Assembly (NCBI GenBank): GCA_037379345.1
Contig: CM074518.1
Location: 744,001 to 808,000, forward strand
Length of the DNA stretch: 64,000 nucleotides
Direction of reading: 5' to 3'
Source of the DNA: Perna viridis
Lineage: Eukaryota
In this document: positions 1 to 14,332 of the stretch, one piece after another
Position numbering within the stretch: position 1 is the stretch's first letter
Layout of the letters: the number at the start of each line of letters is the position of its first letter
The notes under the pieces: model-generated
What the model was told of the DNA's origin: nothing
Database searches by the model: none
Seen by the model: the letters and a program-made list of their open reading frames with translations, nothing else
Made by a program: the position numbers and the translations under genes

Positions 1-389
1 AACAGGGTTATGTTGCTACAAGATTGAAGTCATCACTACAAAAGTTTTATGGTCACCAACATGAAATCGTGGATCATTACGGTGTATCCATCTGTGCCAT
101 GAAAACTGATTGGTTCAATGTGTCATACCTCTTTCGTCTACCCAGGACTTGACTTTTTATGAGCAACTCAGCAGGTGTTTCTAGAAAAGCAGAGGACACT
201 TACCCTACCGGTGCACTTGGTCCATGCTCCCAGTTTTTAGTGGAGTCCGAATTGCTCATTGCTGTTGTTACTTTGTATGTATGATTTTAGTTACTTTATG
301 TTCTTTGTTTTGTATGTCGGTTTTCCATGTCCGGTCTTTGTACCTGGATTACATTCTTTTCGCTATAACCTTTGTTCCCTTGATTACTC
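1..389 (+). mobile_element. Penelope-like element (PLE) 3' fragment, copy A (RT C-terminus + 3' UTR)
   Basis: Translates QGYVATRLKSSLQKFYGHQHEIVDHYGVSICAMKTDWFNVS, matching the RT C-terminus of the copy at 59533-61475. The 3' UTR is near-identical to 62415-62651 and ends in the shared terminus ...CTTGATTACTC. Confidence 0.85.
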
Positions 390-1849
390 TTTCTATCTAG
401 GGTTCTTTGACAAGTACCTGTCATTCCTTCAGTATGGACTACTTCAGGACCATAACTTGACAAACTGACAGAAAACAAATCCTGTGTATGGTAAGCCTGT
501 TGATAAGTACAGGTAGATACAGGTGCGTTTGAATGATCATCAATCTATATTTAAAACACTGATACAGTAGGCAGATCAAAGCGCAAATAAATCCAGGAAT
601 TATGCATGCTTCCAAATATTTCATTCTAAGTCTCCATCAACCATTAGTAAATAAAAACATTTAGTTTACTTATTACAAGACATTCTTAGCAGATTGATCA
701 AAATAAGTAATCCTTATGTATATTGAGAAATCATTGCTGCAATTGGAATGGAGCAATCTTTGATCTGTTTATAAACATTAAAGAAGTAAAGATCTAAATA
801 GGTTAGTGACACATTACTTGCCTGACTAAAAACAGGTTTATAGCATAGTAACATGTATGTACCAGATAAACTCAAGAACATAAAAATCATTTAAATGTGA
901 CTTTGAATGATAAGCAGTAAGTGGAATATCCTAATCTACTCTCTAATGAAACCAATCATAAATCAATGATTCATTTTTCAAAATTGCATGACATATTTTA
1001 GCATCAGCTGTTGATAAGAAAATGAACAATTTTTAATCACCATTACACATGCTAAAACTGGTTCCCAGAATCAAACATTGCCAGCCAAAGATGATTTTTA
1101 GTCTAGACTGTTTTAAGAACCTTAATAGGGGACAGAGAAATATATATGTACAGAAATCAGAAGAAAAAACCTTGAATGCCTAATAGCAAGAAGTCAAGGC
1201 ATAAAATACTGTAAATGTACTTAATTGACAGGTATTCGAACATTTCCCAAGAATTTGAGTTTGTGTTATGTTGAAAGTTACCATATGCCTAATTAATGTA
1301 CATATTTTTGAATAATAACTGATCACTGGATTCATGAAAATAAGTGTGATAACAGTATGTTGTAATATAAATATTCATGAATATTCAAAGATATAAAGCC
1401 TTAATCACCTTAAGGGAAGTGAATTTAATTAAACAAAACAATAATATATACACCCAAGCTATTCTTATACTCATCAAAATTTAATTTGAAATTCCATTAG
1501 CAAAATTAAAATATCATTTCCCTGATGCCGATGACAGAGATCACAATTAGTTATCTTGTAATAGAAATGGTCAATACGTAACAACTTTAATCATAAGAAA
1601 ATTAATTACTTAAAGAAGTTTTACAAAAGTAAATAGTATGAAATAGCATTAAATAATGTATAATAATTGCAGAAAATTACCACTTATTTTGACTGTTCTT
1701 ACCATTATACATTAACATTATAACTCCAGTATAAATTAGGGGAGCACTTGACCCTAAAAATAAGTCTCTGTACTTTACAAATCAAGGGAGCACTTGATTC
1801 TTCAGAGTCAGGGAGCAATCATCCCTTGTACTTCTTAAATCCAGGGAGT

Positions 1850-3770
1850 GCTTGACTCTATTACAAAACCAAAGGAGGGCTTGACTCTACTATCACAAAT
1901 TCAGGTAGGGCTTGACTCTTAGCCCGTGACTCTACTATCACAAATTCAGGTAAGTCTTGACTCTGAGCATATGACTCTACTATCACAAATTCAGGAAAGG
2001 CTTGAATCTGAGTCCATGACTCTACTATCACAAATTCAGGTAAGGCTTGACTCAGAGCCCATGACTCTACTATCACAAATTCAGGTAGGGCCTGACTGTG
2101 AGCCCTTGACTCTACTATCACAAATTCAGGAAGGGCCTGACTGTGAGCCCTTGACTCTACTATCACAAATTCAGGTAGGGCCTGACTGTGAACCCTTGAC
2201 TCTAATATCACAAATTCAGGTAGGGCCTGACTGTGAGCCCTTGACTCTACTATCACAAATTCAGGAAAGGTAAGACTCTGAGCCCTTGACTCTACTATCA
2301 CAAATTCAGGAAAGGTAAGACTCTGAGCCCTTGACTCTACTATCACAAATTCAGGAAAGGTAAGAGAAATGCACCATCACTTCTATGTTTTAAGCAGAAT
2401 ATCAAAACTCCTCTTTTTAGACTTGCATATAACTGTTAACTGTTTTAGAGTTTACTGACTATTCATTGACAATTTGATTCTTATATTTCAATCTGATATT
2501 CAATAGATACTCTATGTTTTTTTTTCAAAATAAATGATATTGATTCTTTTATATAGATATACTCTTTGCGTACATTTCCTAGATTTTTTAATAAACGTTC
2601 TATGCATTTTAGACAGCAATTTTATGTAATGCTAATTATTATTCTTGTTTTCCTTGTTTTTAATTTCATATAAAATATCTTAGTATGACTAGCATATTTT
2701 CTAAAATTTTAATTTTTATTGTGATTTTTATTATTTTTAAATTGGTTTATTGAAACATTTAACTTTCTACTCAATTCATTTTAATGAAACTTTACATATT
2801 ATTTTACATACATATATATTTTATATTTATATATCGTACTTGTAATTTATTATTATCATTGTTTATACATAAGCCTATGTTAATAGTATATACAGCGTGT
2901 ATGTGTATATGTGTGTGTGTGTACGCGTGTGCATGTTTTGTGATAGCGGCTATTGGGTAAACGCGTGTATGTGTTCGTGAGTGTGTAATGTTAAGCACTT
3001 AGTGTAATATTTAAATGTGTTAGATAAGTGCAATATAAAAACTTAATAATATTAATAATAATAACTCTGAGCCCGTGACTCTACTATCATAAATTCAGGA
3101 AAGGCTTGACTCTGAGCCTGTGACTCTACTATCATAAATTCAGGAAAGGCTTGACTCTGAGCCTGTGACTCTACTATCATAAATTCAGGAAAGGCCTGAC
3201 TCTACTATCATAAATTCAGGAAAGGCTTGACTCTACTATCATAAATTCAGGAAAGGCTTTACTCTGAGCCCTTGACTCTACTATCATAAATTCAGGGATG
3301 GTAAGACTGAGCCCTTGACTCTACTATCATAAAGTCAGGAATGGTAAGACTCTGAGCCCTTGACTCTACTATCACAAATTCAGGAAAGGCCTGACTCTGA
3401 GCCCTTGACTCTACTATCACAAATTCAGGAATGGTAAGACTCTGAGCCCTTGACTCTACTATCACAAATTCAGGAATGGTAAGACTCTGAGCCCTTGACT
3501 CTACTATCACAAATTCAATTAGGGCTTGACTCTAAGCCCGTGACTCTACAATCACACATTCAGGTAAGGCTTGACTCTGATCCCTTGATTCTTACTATCA
3601 AAAATTCAGATAAGGCCTGACTCTGAGCTATTGACTACTATCACAAATTCAGGTAGAGCTTGACTCTGGGCCCTTTACTCTGCTATCACAAATTCTGAAA
3701 TTCAGGTAGGGCTGGACTCTGAGCCCTTGACTCTAATATCACAAATGCAAGGGATCCACTTGACTCTAAG
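1850..3770. repeat. 45-bp minisatellite (TGACTCTACTATCACAAATTCAGG...), split in two by an insertion at 2366-3063
   Basis: Tandem copies seen directly. The 15-aa periodic ORFs on both strands are artefacts of the repeat. Confidence 0.95.
2366..3063 (+). mobile_element. 5'-truncated L2/CR1-group LINE 3' end inserted into the minisatellite
   Basis: Interrupts a unit at GGTAAGA|CTCTGAGCCC. It starts with SLLCFKQNIKTPLFRLAYN (resembles the L2 ORF2 end 'FK..LKTHLF') and ends with a GCACTTA...TAAGTGC stem, AATATAAAA and an (AAT)n tail. Confidence 0.65.
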
Positions 3771-4349
3771 GGGCTTGTATTGTATAGGTATTGATTAGAA
3801 CATCAATCATGTTAATCAGATTTCAGCTAATGAGATAAAATCTAATCTTGTTTTCTCGTCAACAATAGTTGTTATAAAGATATTTGTGATATTGATGAGT
3901 CTGTTGGTGGAAAAACTTGCTATGGTGGTCAACAGTTTTGTTCTAATTTTCATTTCTTACTCCTATGATTTAAAATAATTCCTTATGTTTTACAAAATTA
4001 GCTAATCATTCAAAGAAGACTACATATATAATATCGAAGGAATAAAAAAATCAAAATTGTTTTAAGCTTTAGTAATTCCACAATTTGTAAAAATAAGCAT
4101 AATACATATAAGCCATGCCAATACTAGAAGCTCCCTTTATCACAAAGCTATAAAGCATTGAGACATGACAGCATGAAACTCAGAACCAAGTCAGAAAGAT
4201 CTATTTCAAGTTTGCTTCATGAAAAATTGATGAGTGGAAAAAAATCCTCAGAAAGATAAATGGCCATGACATCATGTAATTGTTAATTGTTTCAAGTGGA
4301 TCAATGATTCTGAGAACAGTATCTCGATAGAATGAAACATGTTGTCAAG

Positions 4350-4915
4350 CTACAGTGGTGTTCATACAGTTTGTACAGTGGTGTCCATACAATGTTTTGT
4401 ACAGTGGTGTCCATACAATATTTTGTACAGTGGTGCCCATACAAAATTTTGTACAGTGGTGTACACAAAAGGTTTTGTACAGTGAAGCGCATATAAAGTT
4501 TTGAAAAAGTTTTGTACAGTAGTGTCCTAAAAAAGTTTTGTACAGTGGTGTCCTGAAAAAAGTTGTGTACAGTGATGTCCTGAAAAGGCTTTGTACAGTG
4601 GTGTTCATATAATGTTTTGTACAGTGGTGCCCACACAAAGTTTTATGCAGTGGTGTCCATACAAAGTTTTGTGCAGTGGTGTATATACCATGTTTTGTAC
4701 AGCAATGCCCATACAGTTTTGTACAGTGGTGTCCACACAAAGTTTTGTACAGTGGTGTCCATAAAAAGTTTTGTACAGTGGTGTCCTTAAAAAATTTCAT
4801 ACAGTGGTGTTTTGTACAGTGGTGTCCATACAATGTTTTGTACAGTAATGCCCATACAGTTTTTACAGTGGTGTCCACACAAAGTTTTATACAGTGGTGT
4901 CCATACCATGTTTTG
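4350..4915. repeat. ~27-28-bp minisatellite (TTTTGTACAGTGGTGTCCATACAA)
   Basis: About 20 diverged tandem copies. Confidence 0.9.
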
Positions 4916-6900
4916 TTCTTAAGTTTGAACCATATAATTTGATTCCTGACACATAATTAGCAATATGTTACAGACATTATTTAAACAACAGGATCATTTT
5001 GAGTTCAGGAAGGCATGCAGTACTTATAGAGAAGTGTTTGACTTATCTGATTAGAAAATCAATGGCCATTGTCTTGTATGGTTCCTACTTGTGTGTAATA
5101 CATATATGCTGTATATATTTATCATATGACAGTGAATTTAAACATTTCATATATACAACATCTGTTACAACATTCTTAAATTTGATTATATTTCTATTTA
5201 TCAACTTTGTGTTAAATCAATCCAATTTATTAATTTTATTACATTAGTTTTTTATGTGTATTTAAATACAATAACAACAGCAAGAGAACAATTCTATAAA
5301 CACTTGTACATGTAGCTAAGTATGTAATTCATTGGACACTTCAAATGTAATTCTTTGTTACCAGGCAAAACTTTACTTTATATATTTTAATATTATAATT
5401 CAAGAGTGCTTGAAAAATAAGCTCTAGTACCAGTGGCACCTGTAAATCAATGAATGAAAACAAAACTGTCAATATTCCCTTTTGATATTTCTCCATAGAT
5501 ATTTACAATTCACTTAACTACCATGAAGATGAAACTTCTTCAAGTTCCGCTTATTAGATACACCCATTTCATTAAGTCATTCGCCATTTACCTTCTTCAA
5601 AATATGAACTGAATGCAACTATCTGTCAAAACAAAATCTATGATTCCAAACCACAAAGATGATCAATGATGTTATTTCTGCTGTTCTTGTTTTACACATC
5701 TTATCATATGGTTCGCACATCAATAGACAGATTTCATGTTTCCCCAAGGACAAAGGAATAATAGTATATTTCTAGTTTTTCCACCCACCCATAGAATGGA
5801 CAAATTCTAGTCAGAACTACTCTAACAGTCAGGATTCTACAGAAACCAACTGGTACTCAACATACTTATTTCATTATTTTTTAAAAAGAGTCTACATTTT
5901 ATTACACTATGTTTTTTTCACTCCACATCTCTATTTTAAAATAGATCTTAATTTTACAATAAAGTTAATTTTGCTACACAGAGTTTTTTTTTTTATAAAA
6001 GAAGCGGATAAAGTTTTGCACTAATTTCATCCTCTGAGAAACCAAATTATGAAGAGGTCAAAAGCATTCGTACTATAATCACCTATGGTTAACGAGATGT
6101 TTTAACATATAATATTACTTGGCTTCAAATTCTTCTCCTTAAATTACATACATTTAACAGATTAACTTGTTCTTTGCTTTATTTGTTAATAGTAGAAAAA
6201 GCAAACAATCTTCTAAAACCTCACAAAATATTGGCTGAATGAGAGAGTAAGATACTAAGTCATATTACATGGCTAGGAAGCTGTAACTGATGGCTGGTGG
6301 TTTCATTAATCAAAACTTTGGTCAAAGAAGGCTTAGGTTAAGATAATTTTTATTTCTAAATACTAATGGCACTTAATTGAAGAAGTGGTGCACATGCGCA
6401 GTACAATATAGTCTCTATAGGACTTTTCTGACCTGTCCGATTAAATCTGCCTTAGAAGTTCAATGATACTGCACAGCCAGTTCAATTGCTCATAAAGTTA
6501 TATAACACTATAATTCATACCCATAATGTATTCATCAATTTTCTTTAACAGACTGCTAAAATGGAAATGTCATAAGGTTTATGTCTGAAATATTCAAATC
6601 CAATGATTGTGCATTACATGACTAATTCAAACACCCTAATAAAGAATATTCATTGTGGTTCACTTTTATATAACAGATCTGTCATGATACAGACAATAAC
6701 TACAGTCTGAGGGATTCACTAGATGGTACCATATCCTCATGATACTGTATTCATATTTATCTCTTCACCAAATGAATAATTTAGTTACAAAATTAAGCAA
6801 AATTTAATTGACAATAATTATTGACTATGAAACTTTGTATCAATTGTTAATTTAAATGGTGTGTTTTGCCCTGCATGAAAATGGTTTATAAGTGTGGTCC

Positions 6901-7117
6901 ACAATACCATGGAAACAGTCATAAAAACAATACCATGGAAGCAGTCATAAAAACAATACCATGTAAGCAGTCATAAAATCAATACCATGGAAGCAGTCAT
7001 AAAAACAATACCATGGAAACAGTCATAAAAACAATACCATGGAAGCAGTCATAAAAACAAAACCATGGAAGCAGTCATAAAAACAATACCATGGAAACAT
7101 GTCATAAAAACAATACC
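6901..7117 (+). repeat. 26-bp minisatellite (ACAATACCATGGAAGCAGTCATAAAA), ~8 copies
   Basis: Tandem copies; reverse complement of the array at 10535-10712. Confidence 0.95.
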
Positions 7118-8694
7118 AGTGAAGACACTGGTAGACAGTTTCAATAAGTTGTTAGAACCCAAGTTGATACAATACTAAATACCTATATATCACCATTTAT
7201 AACTTATAGATCACCTAAAATATTAGATCAATTTCTCTTTGATCTCATACTACTGTTTTCATCAGGTTGGACACATCTTGTTGATTATTTTTTATAGATT
7301 AAATCGTTTTTTATATTTTATCACCTTCAAAATATTTAAATGAGTTTTAGTTTTATCTTTTTGAATGAAGTTCCCATATTTATCAACATGAAGGGTTGAC
7401 ATTATCACATTCTAAAGAAACAAAATGTTTTGATAAAACCTTCCAAAGTGTCAATTCCTTCACACTTTAATGATATTATCTGCTTATATTTATTTCCTCT
7501 CTCACTCTCTATCTGTCATTCAGATCTTGAAAAAACGATTTTATTTTTTACTTAATTGAGGGAGAGCCTACCTCCCCTGCTGTAATGATTATAAATGGTC
7601 ATACAATTGCCTGAAAGTTAAGAGAATTGTAAAAGTACTTTTATTTGAATCAAATTTAATGAGGCTGCTTATATGAAAGTATATTTAAGATATTTAGAAA
7701 TAACTAAACCATAAAAGCTACAGTAATGGTGGAATTCAATCTACAACTTTTAAATATAAAAAGAATTAATAAAATTAATAAATGTCATCATAACTGAGTT
7801 AAAAAAAATTACAGATTCCAAAATTATAATATCTACCAACCAGCCAAAGAATAGTTCTGCTGGTGTAATTTTAACACTGTTAAATAAAAATGACTCCAAG
7901 GTTTTTCAAAGGGCATTTCATTATTACTGTGAAGATGCTTTCATGCTAGCACTTAGATTTGAACACATTAGGACAAACAGTTATCTATATGAACATGTAC
8001 ATGTAGATTTATAAGTTACAAAACACACTGATGACAGTAATATAGAAACATTCATATTGCCCATTCTACTAATTCTATGCACGGCTGAAAGCATTGCTAT
8101 AATGCTCCATTAAAGCTTAAGTCATATGCTAATTTATCATTAGAACTCCTACACAATGTGGATGTAACTAAAGAAATCAAATAGGAAGAGATATTACATG
8201 TACATGAAAGGATGGGTTAATAATCTGCTGGATCAAAGCTGGGAGATTCTCTCCATCTTAGTTCTATAAGATCATTCCTTATCAGCCTAGTCAATACAGT
8301 TTTTAAAATATTCCTTAGCTAAGAAGAATTCCCATGTTGGGTATTAAAGTCAGATTTTGAAAGATGAAAGTGACTAAAATCTTTTGTTATTGAAATTTCT
8401 AAATGTGATCTTCATAAAAGAGCTAGTAAAATACAATATTAATGGCTAACTCATCCTTCTATCAATACTTTGTATAGCAGCCTATTTATGAAAATAGAAA
8501 ATGGCCATTCCTTTGAAGTATGTGGGGGGTAAAATGTGGAAAATGTTGGGTGTCAATTATTGAATATGATTGTAGTTTTAAACAGATATGAAATACAACT
8601 TAGTCCATGTGTCCATTGAATGAGATGATACATCTCAGTTGACGATGTAAAACATCCTATTCTGTAGGGATTTTTTCACCATCAATTCAAAACA

Positions 8695-9085
8695 GACTAT
8701 CCCCTCACACTAGATTTCAAAGTGTATCTCCTCCTGTAGATTTATCTTCATCTGCTGCACATTTGACTTCAAAGTGCATCCCCTCCTGTAGATTTATCCT
8801 CATCAGGGAAACACTAGATTTCAAAGTGATCCCCCTCCTGTAGATAAATCCTCATTTGGGGTACACTAGACTTCAAAGTGTATCTTCATCTGCTGCACAT
8901 TCGATTTCAAAGTGCATCCCCTCCTGTAGATTTATCCTCATCAGGGAAACACTAGATTTCAAAGTGATCCCCCTCCTGTAGATAAATCCTCATTTTTCGG
9001 TACATTAGACTTCAAAGTGTATCCCCTCCTGTAGATTAAACCTCATCAGGGGCACATTAGACTTAAAAGTGTATTCCCTCCTATG
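8695..9085. repeat. ~50-bp minisatellite (CACTAGATTTCAAAGTGCATCCCCTCCTGTAGATTTATCCTCATC) with a higher-order block duplication
   Basis: About 8 copies; the block starting ATCTTCATCTGCTGCACATT recurs. Confidence 0.9.
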
Positions 9086-10534
9086 TTCATCAAACAGAAC
9101 CAATTAAAGTAAACATCTACAACTGATATCCTTTACTTCCGACTGGATTCTACTTGGCTTCTATCATTGACTTAATATCATATAATACAATATGGTTACA
9201 AACTTCCATTGTCACACGTGATTTTTGAGCTATAATCTTTTATGCTAATTTCTAATTTTTTTCTTTGTGTTGAAAAAATGAATTATAGCATGAAAACATA
9301 GCTGTCCCATTGGGATTTTTGCACAACTGTTTTGTGCTATTCTTTAACTAGGAAACTTCTCACACAGTTCTGTTTTCAGGCGATTTTTTCTGACCTAACT
9401 GGTTATATCATGGAACCCTGATATGATACTCTAATTTTTTTCTAGTTGATTAATTAACACAGAACAACTTGATGTTAAGTTGAGCAATTCATCACAGCAT
9501 TTATACATTAGAAATGATCCTAGCATTACCATTTTCCTAAATCGTTCATTTCTCTTCCAATGCCATATCAGCTGATTTCTATGACACAAATTTCATAATC
9601 AACAAGGAGAAAATGGTGTCTTATTAAATTACGCAAAAGTTGATATGACTTGAATACCGATTCAATAAGCAGAAAATGACATTCTTGTGTGCTGCATAGA
9701 GCTTGCCATGGGGAAAGTGGGGGAGGCTTTGACATGAATATTATAAATTCTTTTTTAATAAATCGTATATTTTTATGTGAAATAAATCCTACAGTTCAGG
9801 AATAAATAAGAAAATAATGACTTATTTTTAACCAAAAGTGAAATATCTGACTACAATTATGATGTCATTGAAACAAAACAAATAGTTGAAATTTTCCTCA
9901 TTCAGGGCAAATTTTCAGCTATTCCTTATACTTTGACTGTATTTATGACAATGTACATTAGCACTGGCACCAGCATTCTTATTAATATCTGGATATATCC
10001 ATTCACTAATCCAGACTGCAGTCATGAAGATTATCATATTAGACAAGAACTCCTATAACTACATACCAACAGTGGAGGTCACATTGTTATGTTGTGTTAT
10101 ATAACCATATCTTCCTCAACTCAGCATTTCACATGTATAGAAATTGTAGTTACCAGTAGGGAACCAGAAGTTACTGGTTCAAGATATTATTAAAAGAGAC
10201 AGGCATGCTGCATATTAATAAGGAGTGGGATACAGTTTACATTCCCATGATTCCAAAGCTGATGTGAAGGCATATTTAGTTATGTTAATGTTGTTGATTG
10301 AGTGAGTCTTTGTGAAAAAATAAAATATTACCTCAAATTAATGTAGCAAGACATAAATCCTTCAATGAACAGTAACAAATTCAGATATACCAAAAAGGCT
10401 TTGACCTAAAAATGTATGGAAAGTAAATGCCAATAGCTTCAAACTTTGGAAACGAGAATGTAAAGCCTTAGCAGAAGCTAAAATGTTCTTACAAGATGCC
10501 AGTTTGTAGATGGTTTAACAGCTATATAAGACAT

Positions 10535-10712
10535 CCATGGTATTGTTTTTATGACTGCTTCCATGGTATTGTTTTTATGACTGCTTCCATGGTATTGTTT
10601 TTATGACTGTTTCCATGGTATTGTTTTTATGACTGCTTCCATGGTATTGTTTTTATGACTGTTTCCATGGTATTGTTTTTATGACTGTTTCCATGGTATT
10701 GTTTTTATGACT
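10535..10712 (-). repeat. 26-bp minisatellite (CCATGGTATTGTTTTTATGACTGCTT), ~7 copies
   Basis: Period 26 (CCATGG at 10535 and 10561); inverted copy of 6901-7117. Confidence 0.95.
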
Positions 10713-12075
10713 AGATATTATGACAAGCCTTGGTATGTTCTTTATGTTTTTAAAGAGAAAATAAATGTTGGTTGTCTTGTTAGCTGGGAAACCAATCATG
10801 TGACCACAATGATGATTAAAGTGGTGCATGCTGGGAAGGATTGTCAGTCTAGGATACAATAATTGTTTCTCCATGCTTTTGGTCAGATCAGGTTCCTAAA
10901 TGATCTGTTGTTCTAATGGTATGACTAACATGGCTAATTGAGCTACAATATAAGAGGGTGCATTTAGGGTACTGGGTTAGTTTTTAGTTGTTTCAGAAGA
11001 AAAAATATCTTCGTATATGTGCATTATGGATATGACAAAAGAACAAACTTACTAAACCATAGTTCACAAAGACAAGCAAAAGCTCATGTTTTCTTTTAAA
11101 GAGTGCACTTCCCAAAGCAATATAAATATTTTATAAACAATGTCAACCTAATGCCATTAAGGAACAACTTTCTCAATGTATCAAGTACAGTAATTAAAAA
11201 TATTTGGAAACAGACATAAACTTTGATGTAATCAAGTTTAAACATTGTATGGCAGTCAAAAGTATTTGTGCTCTGGTAATTGACAGTGAAAATTTAAATT
11301 TGGATAAATTTCAACGTAATTACATTACTTGATAGAAAATGTTAGAATAATTTACTAACAAAGTAAGCTTATTTCCAGATTTCAAAATTTATTACTAGTA
11401 ATCATTGACAGTGATAGACTTAAAAGGATTGTTGCTATCAAAGTGGAGGCTTCCAGTGGAAACTTAATTAGCTGTCATTTTGTCTATTCTAAATGTGCTC
11501 TGCAAAGTTAAGTAATGAAAACTAGGAAATTCAAAAACAATTGTTACTGTTTAGAAAAAAGTCAATTCTTTTCTCATATTTATAGTAATTCAAATCTTAT
11601 ATTAAATAAATGATGGAAACTTACACCTCCAAGGTCCTTCAAGAATAACTGATACTTATAATAGGGAAGAAGTTCCATATAGAACAGCATTAATGTCACA
11701 TTGACTTCTGTTGTAAGTTTCAATTTGTTGACAGTTTAATGTGAGCCATCATCAAATGTTCCATAAAAGTGTAGAATTAAGGTGCGAAATTTCAGAAAAA
11801 CCTGTTAATTTAGTAATTACAAGCACTAAGGAATGGCTTTATGGACGACAGGACAATATTCTTTGAAAGGATTTCAATAGTATTATGTTTTTGATGCAGT
11901 GTCAAATCACACCCTTAATTATATAAATACCAAGTTTCTGATCATGACTTCAGTATATCTGTTACAAGTAAAGGGACAAAAGAAAATTATCTTTTCGAAC
12001 TTTCCTAAGTTAGCATACTACTGCAGAAAACATATTAGATAATAACTTCATTGGCCAGATTACTTGGATACCTCT

Positions 12076-13107
12076 AAACACACCATCTAGACTACCTGGT
12101 ATGACATACAACAACAAACATACCATCTAGACTACCTGGTATGACATACAACAAACATACCATCTAGACTACCTGGTATGACATACGACAAACAAACGCA
12201 CCATCAAGACTACCTGGTATGACATACAACAACAAACATACCATCTAGACTATCTGGTATGACATACAACAAACAAACATACCATCTAGACTACCTGGTA
12301 TGACATACAACAACAAACACACCACCTAGACTACCTGGTATGACATACAACAAACAAACATACCATCTAGACTATCTTGTATGACATAAAACAAACAAAC
12401 ATACCATCTAGACTATCTGGTATGACATACAACAAACAAACATACCACCTAGACTATCTGGTATGATATACAACAGCAAACGCACCATCTAGACTACCTG
12501 GTATGACATACAACAAACAAACATACCACCTAGACTACCTGGTATGACATACAACAGCAAACATACCATCTAGACTACTTGGTATGACATACAACAGCAA
12601 ACATACCATCTAGACTACCTGGTATGACATACAACAAACAAACATACCATCTAGACTACCTGGTATGACATACAACAACAAACATACCATTTAGACTACC
12701 TGGTATGACATACAACAAACATACCATCTAGACTACCTGGTATGACATACAACAACAAACATACCATCTAGACTATCTGGTATGACATACAACAAACATA
12801 CCATCTAGACTACCTGGTATGACATACAACAAACATACCATCTAGACTACCTGGTATGACATACAACAACAAACACACCATCTAGAATACCTGGTATGAC
12901 ATACAACAAACATACCATCTGGACTACCTGGTATGATATACAACAAACATACCATCTAGACTACCTGGTATGACATACAACAAACAAACATACCATCTAG
13001 ACTACCTCGTATGACATACAACAAACATACCATCTAGACTACCTGGTATGACATACAACAACAAACATACCAACTAGACTACTTGGTATGACATACAACA
13101 GCAAACA
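12076..13107. repeat. 37-41-bp minisatellite (ACCATCTAGACTACCTGGTATGACATAC + variable AAC/AAAC tract)
   Basis: About 26 copies with a constant core and a slippage-length linker. Confidence 0.95.
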
Positions 13108-14332
13108 ACTTTTGGTGCCAACATGAACTCCAGAGTCCAATATATACTTAGTAACCCCTCTAGAGTTATCATTGGTTAGTGGTGATTGTTACTCATGATA
13201 TCTCTATACTTATCAAGATGACCTGGTACCATACTTGTCCAGGAGATACTAAGTTATATATCACCTGCTATATAACACCTTCTGCATAAATGGCTGTCAC
13301 AGAGATCACCAGCTTAATAGTTCTGAGTACATGTATCATATTAACAGATTTTGATACATTTGTTGTATCTGTATAATGATCAGGTACAAACTGAAATTAA
13401 ACCCTTAAACCTGACACAGCACAAGGGTGAAAGACATGTAATTTTGTTCTAAAACCCATCACCAAAACAAATAAACATGGCATTATGTCCCATTGTATTT
13501 ATGTTCCTGGTCAAAGACTTCAAATCTAAAACAAAATCTATAGACAGAAGCATACTCCGTCCTGAGTTTATAAATCAATGTGTATTAACACATGCCAATC
13601 AGACAATCGACGAAGGATATACTGTTTCCTATCGTGGCTGATCCACGATAATCCTCTCTGATCTCTGTGGTATGAATAATATGTAGCTGATTTACATAAA
13701 TGGCTGTATTACAAGTCTACCTTACATTGCACAGTTATAATTAAATTGTGTTAACTGTTAAAATATAATGTTGTGTATAGAATTGTTGAAATGCTGTACT
13801 ATGGTAATTAGACGGTAGGTGGGCTGCTAACTTTCCGCTATAGTATCCTAATTCTTTGGTAGAAAGTCTTTATTTGCATTCTGGAATTGAAATGTCTGTT
13901 TTGATAATAAACCACATGGTGGGTGGTGTCGTAGAGACAGGAAGTCTATTTACATCCATATATAATCTATTCACTTTGTGTATATTTGTATCAAAATAGT
14001 TTTGATTAACTGATTTATTTTTTTTTTGGGAGGGAGATTATTTCCATTTGTTAACATGAAGTACAATGCACTTTGAATTATATTAAAGAAACAGAATTCT
14101 TCTGCATTAAATATCGTTCCTTGGACTGAGCTTTTCATTGTACCTAGCCACAGCTAGGTTTATCAAAGTGACGTATGTTCTAAAATCCTACTTCAACACA
14201 AACTTCTAGCAACCAGAGATGAAGTCAAAGATGTATACATAAACTGTTGTGCACTGGTTAAATGCTTTAAATAATACTTCAAAGTTTACCTTTTACCAAT
14301 TACATTTCCAAGTTTTCTCCTTATACCAATTC

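Noticed and set aside
401-490. Exon-like segment (TCTAG acceptor, GTAAGC donor)
   Set aside because: Stops in all three frames, and the acceptor's pyrimidine tract is largely the PLE end. It could only be non-coding.
1850-3770. TGACTC(T) repeats as an AP-1 site cluster
   Set aside because: Nearly all copies mismatch the TGACTCA consensus; no evidence beyond motif resemblance.
1861-4942. Repetitive ORFs (FVIVESRA..., WTPLYKTL..., GHHCTK...)
   Set aside because: Translations of minisatellites, open on both strands, with no splice or protein evidence.
12076-13107. CRISPR-like look (constant core with variable linker)
   Set aside because: Linkers are only AAC/AAAC slippage variants, not unique spacers. 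The context is eukaryotic with no cas genes.
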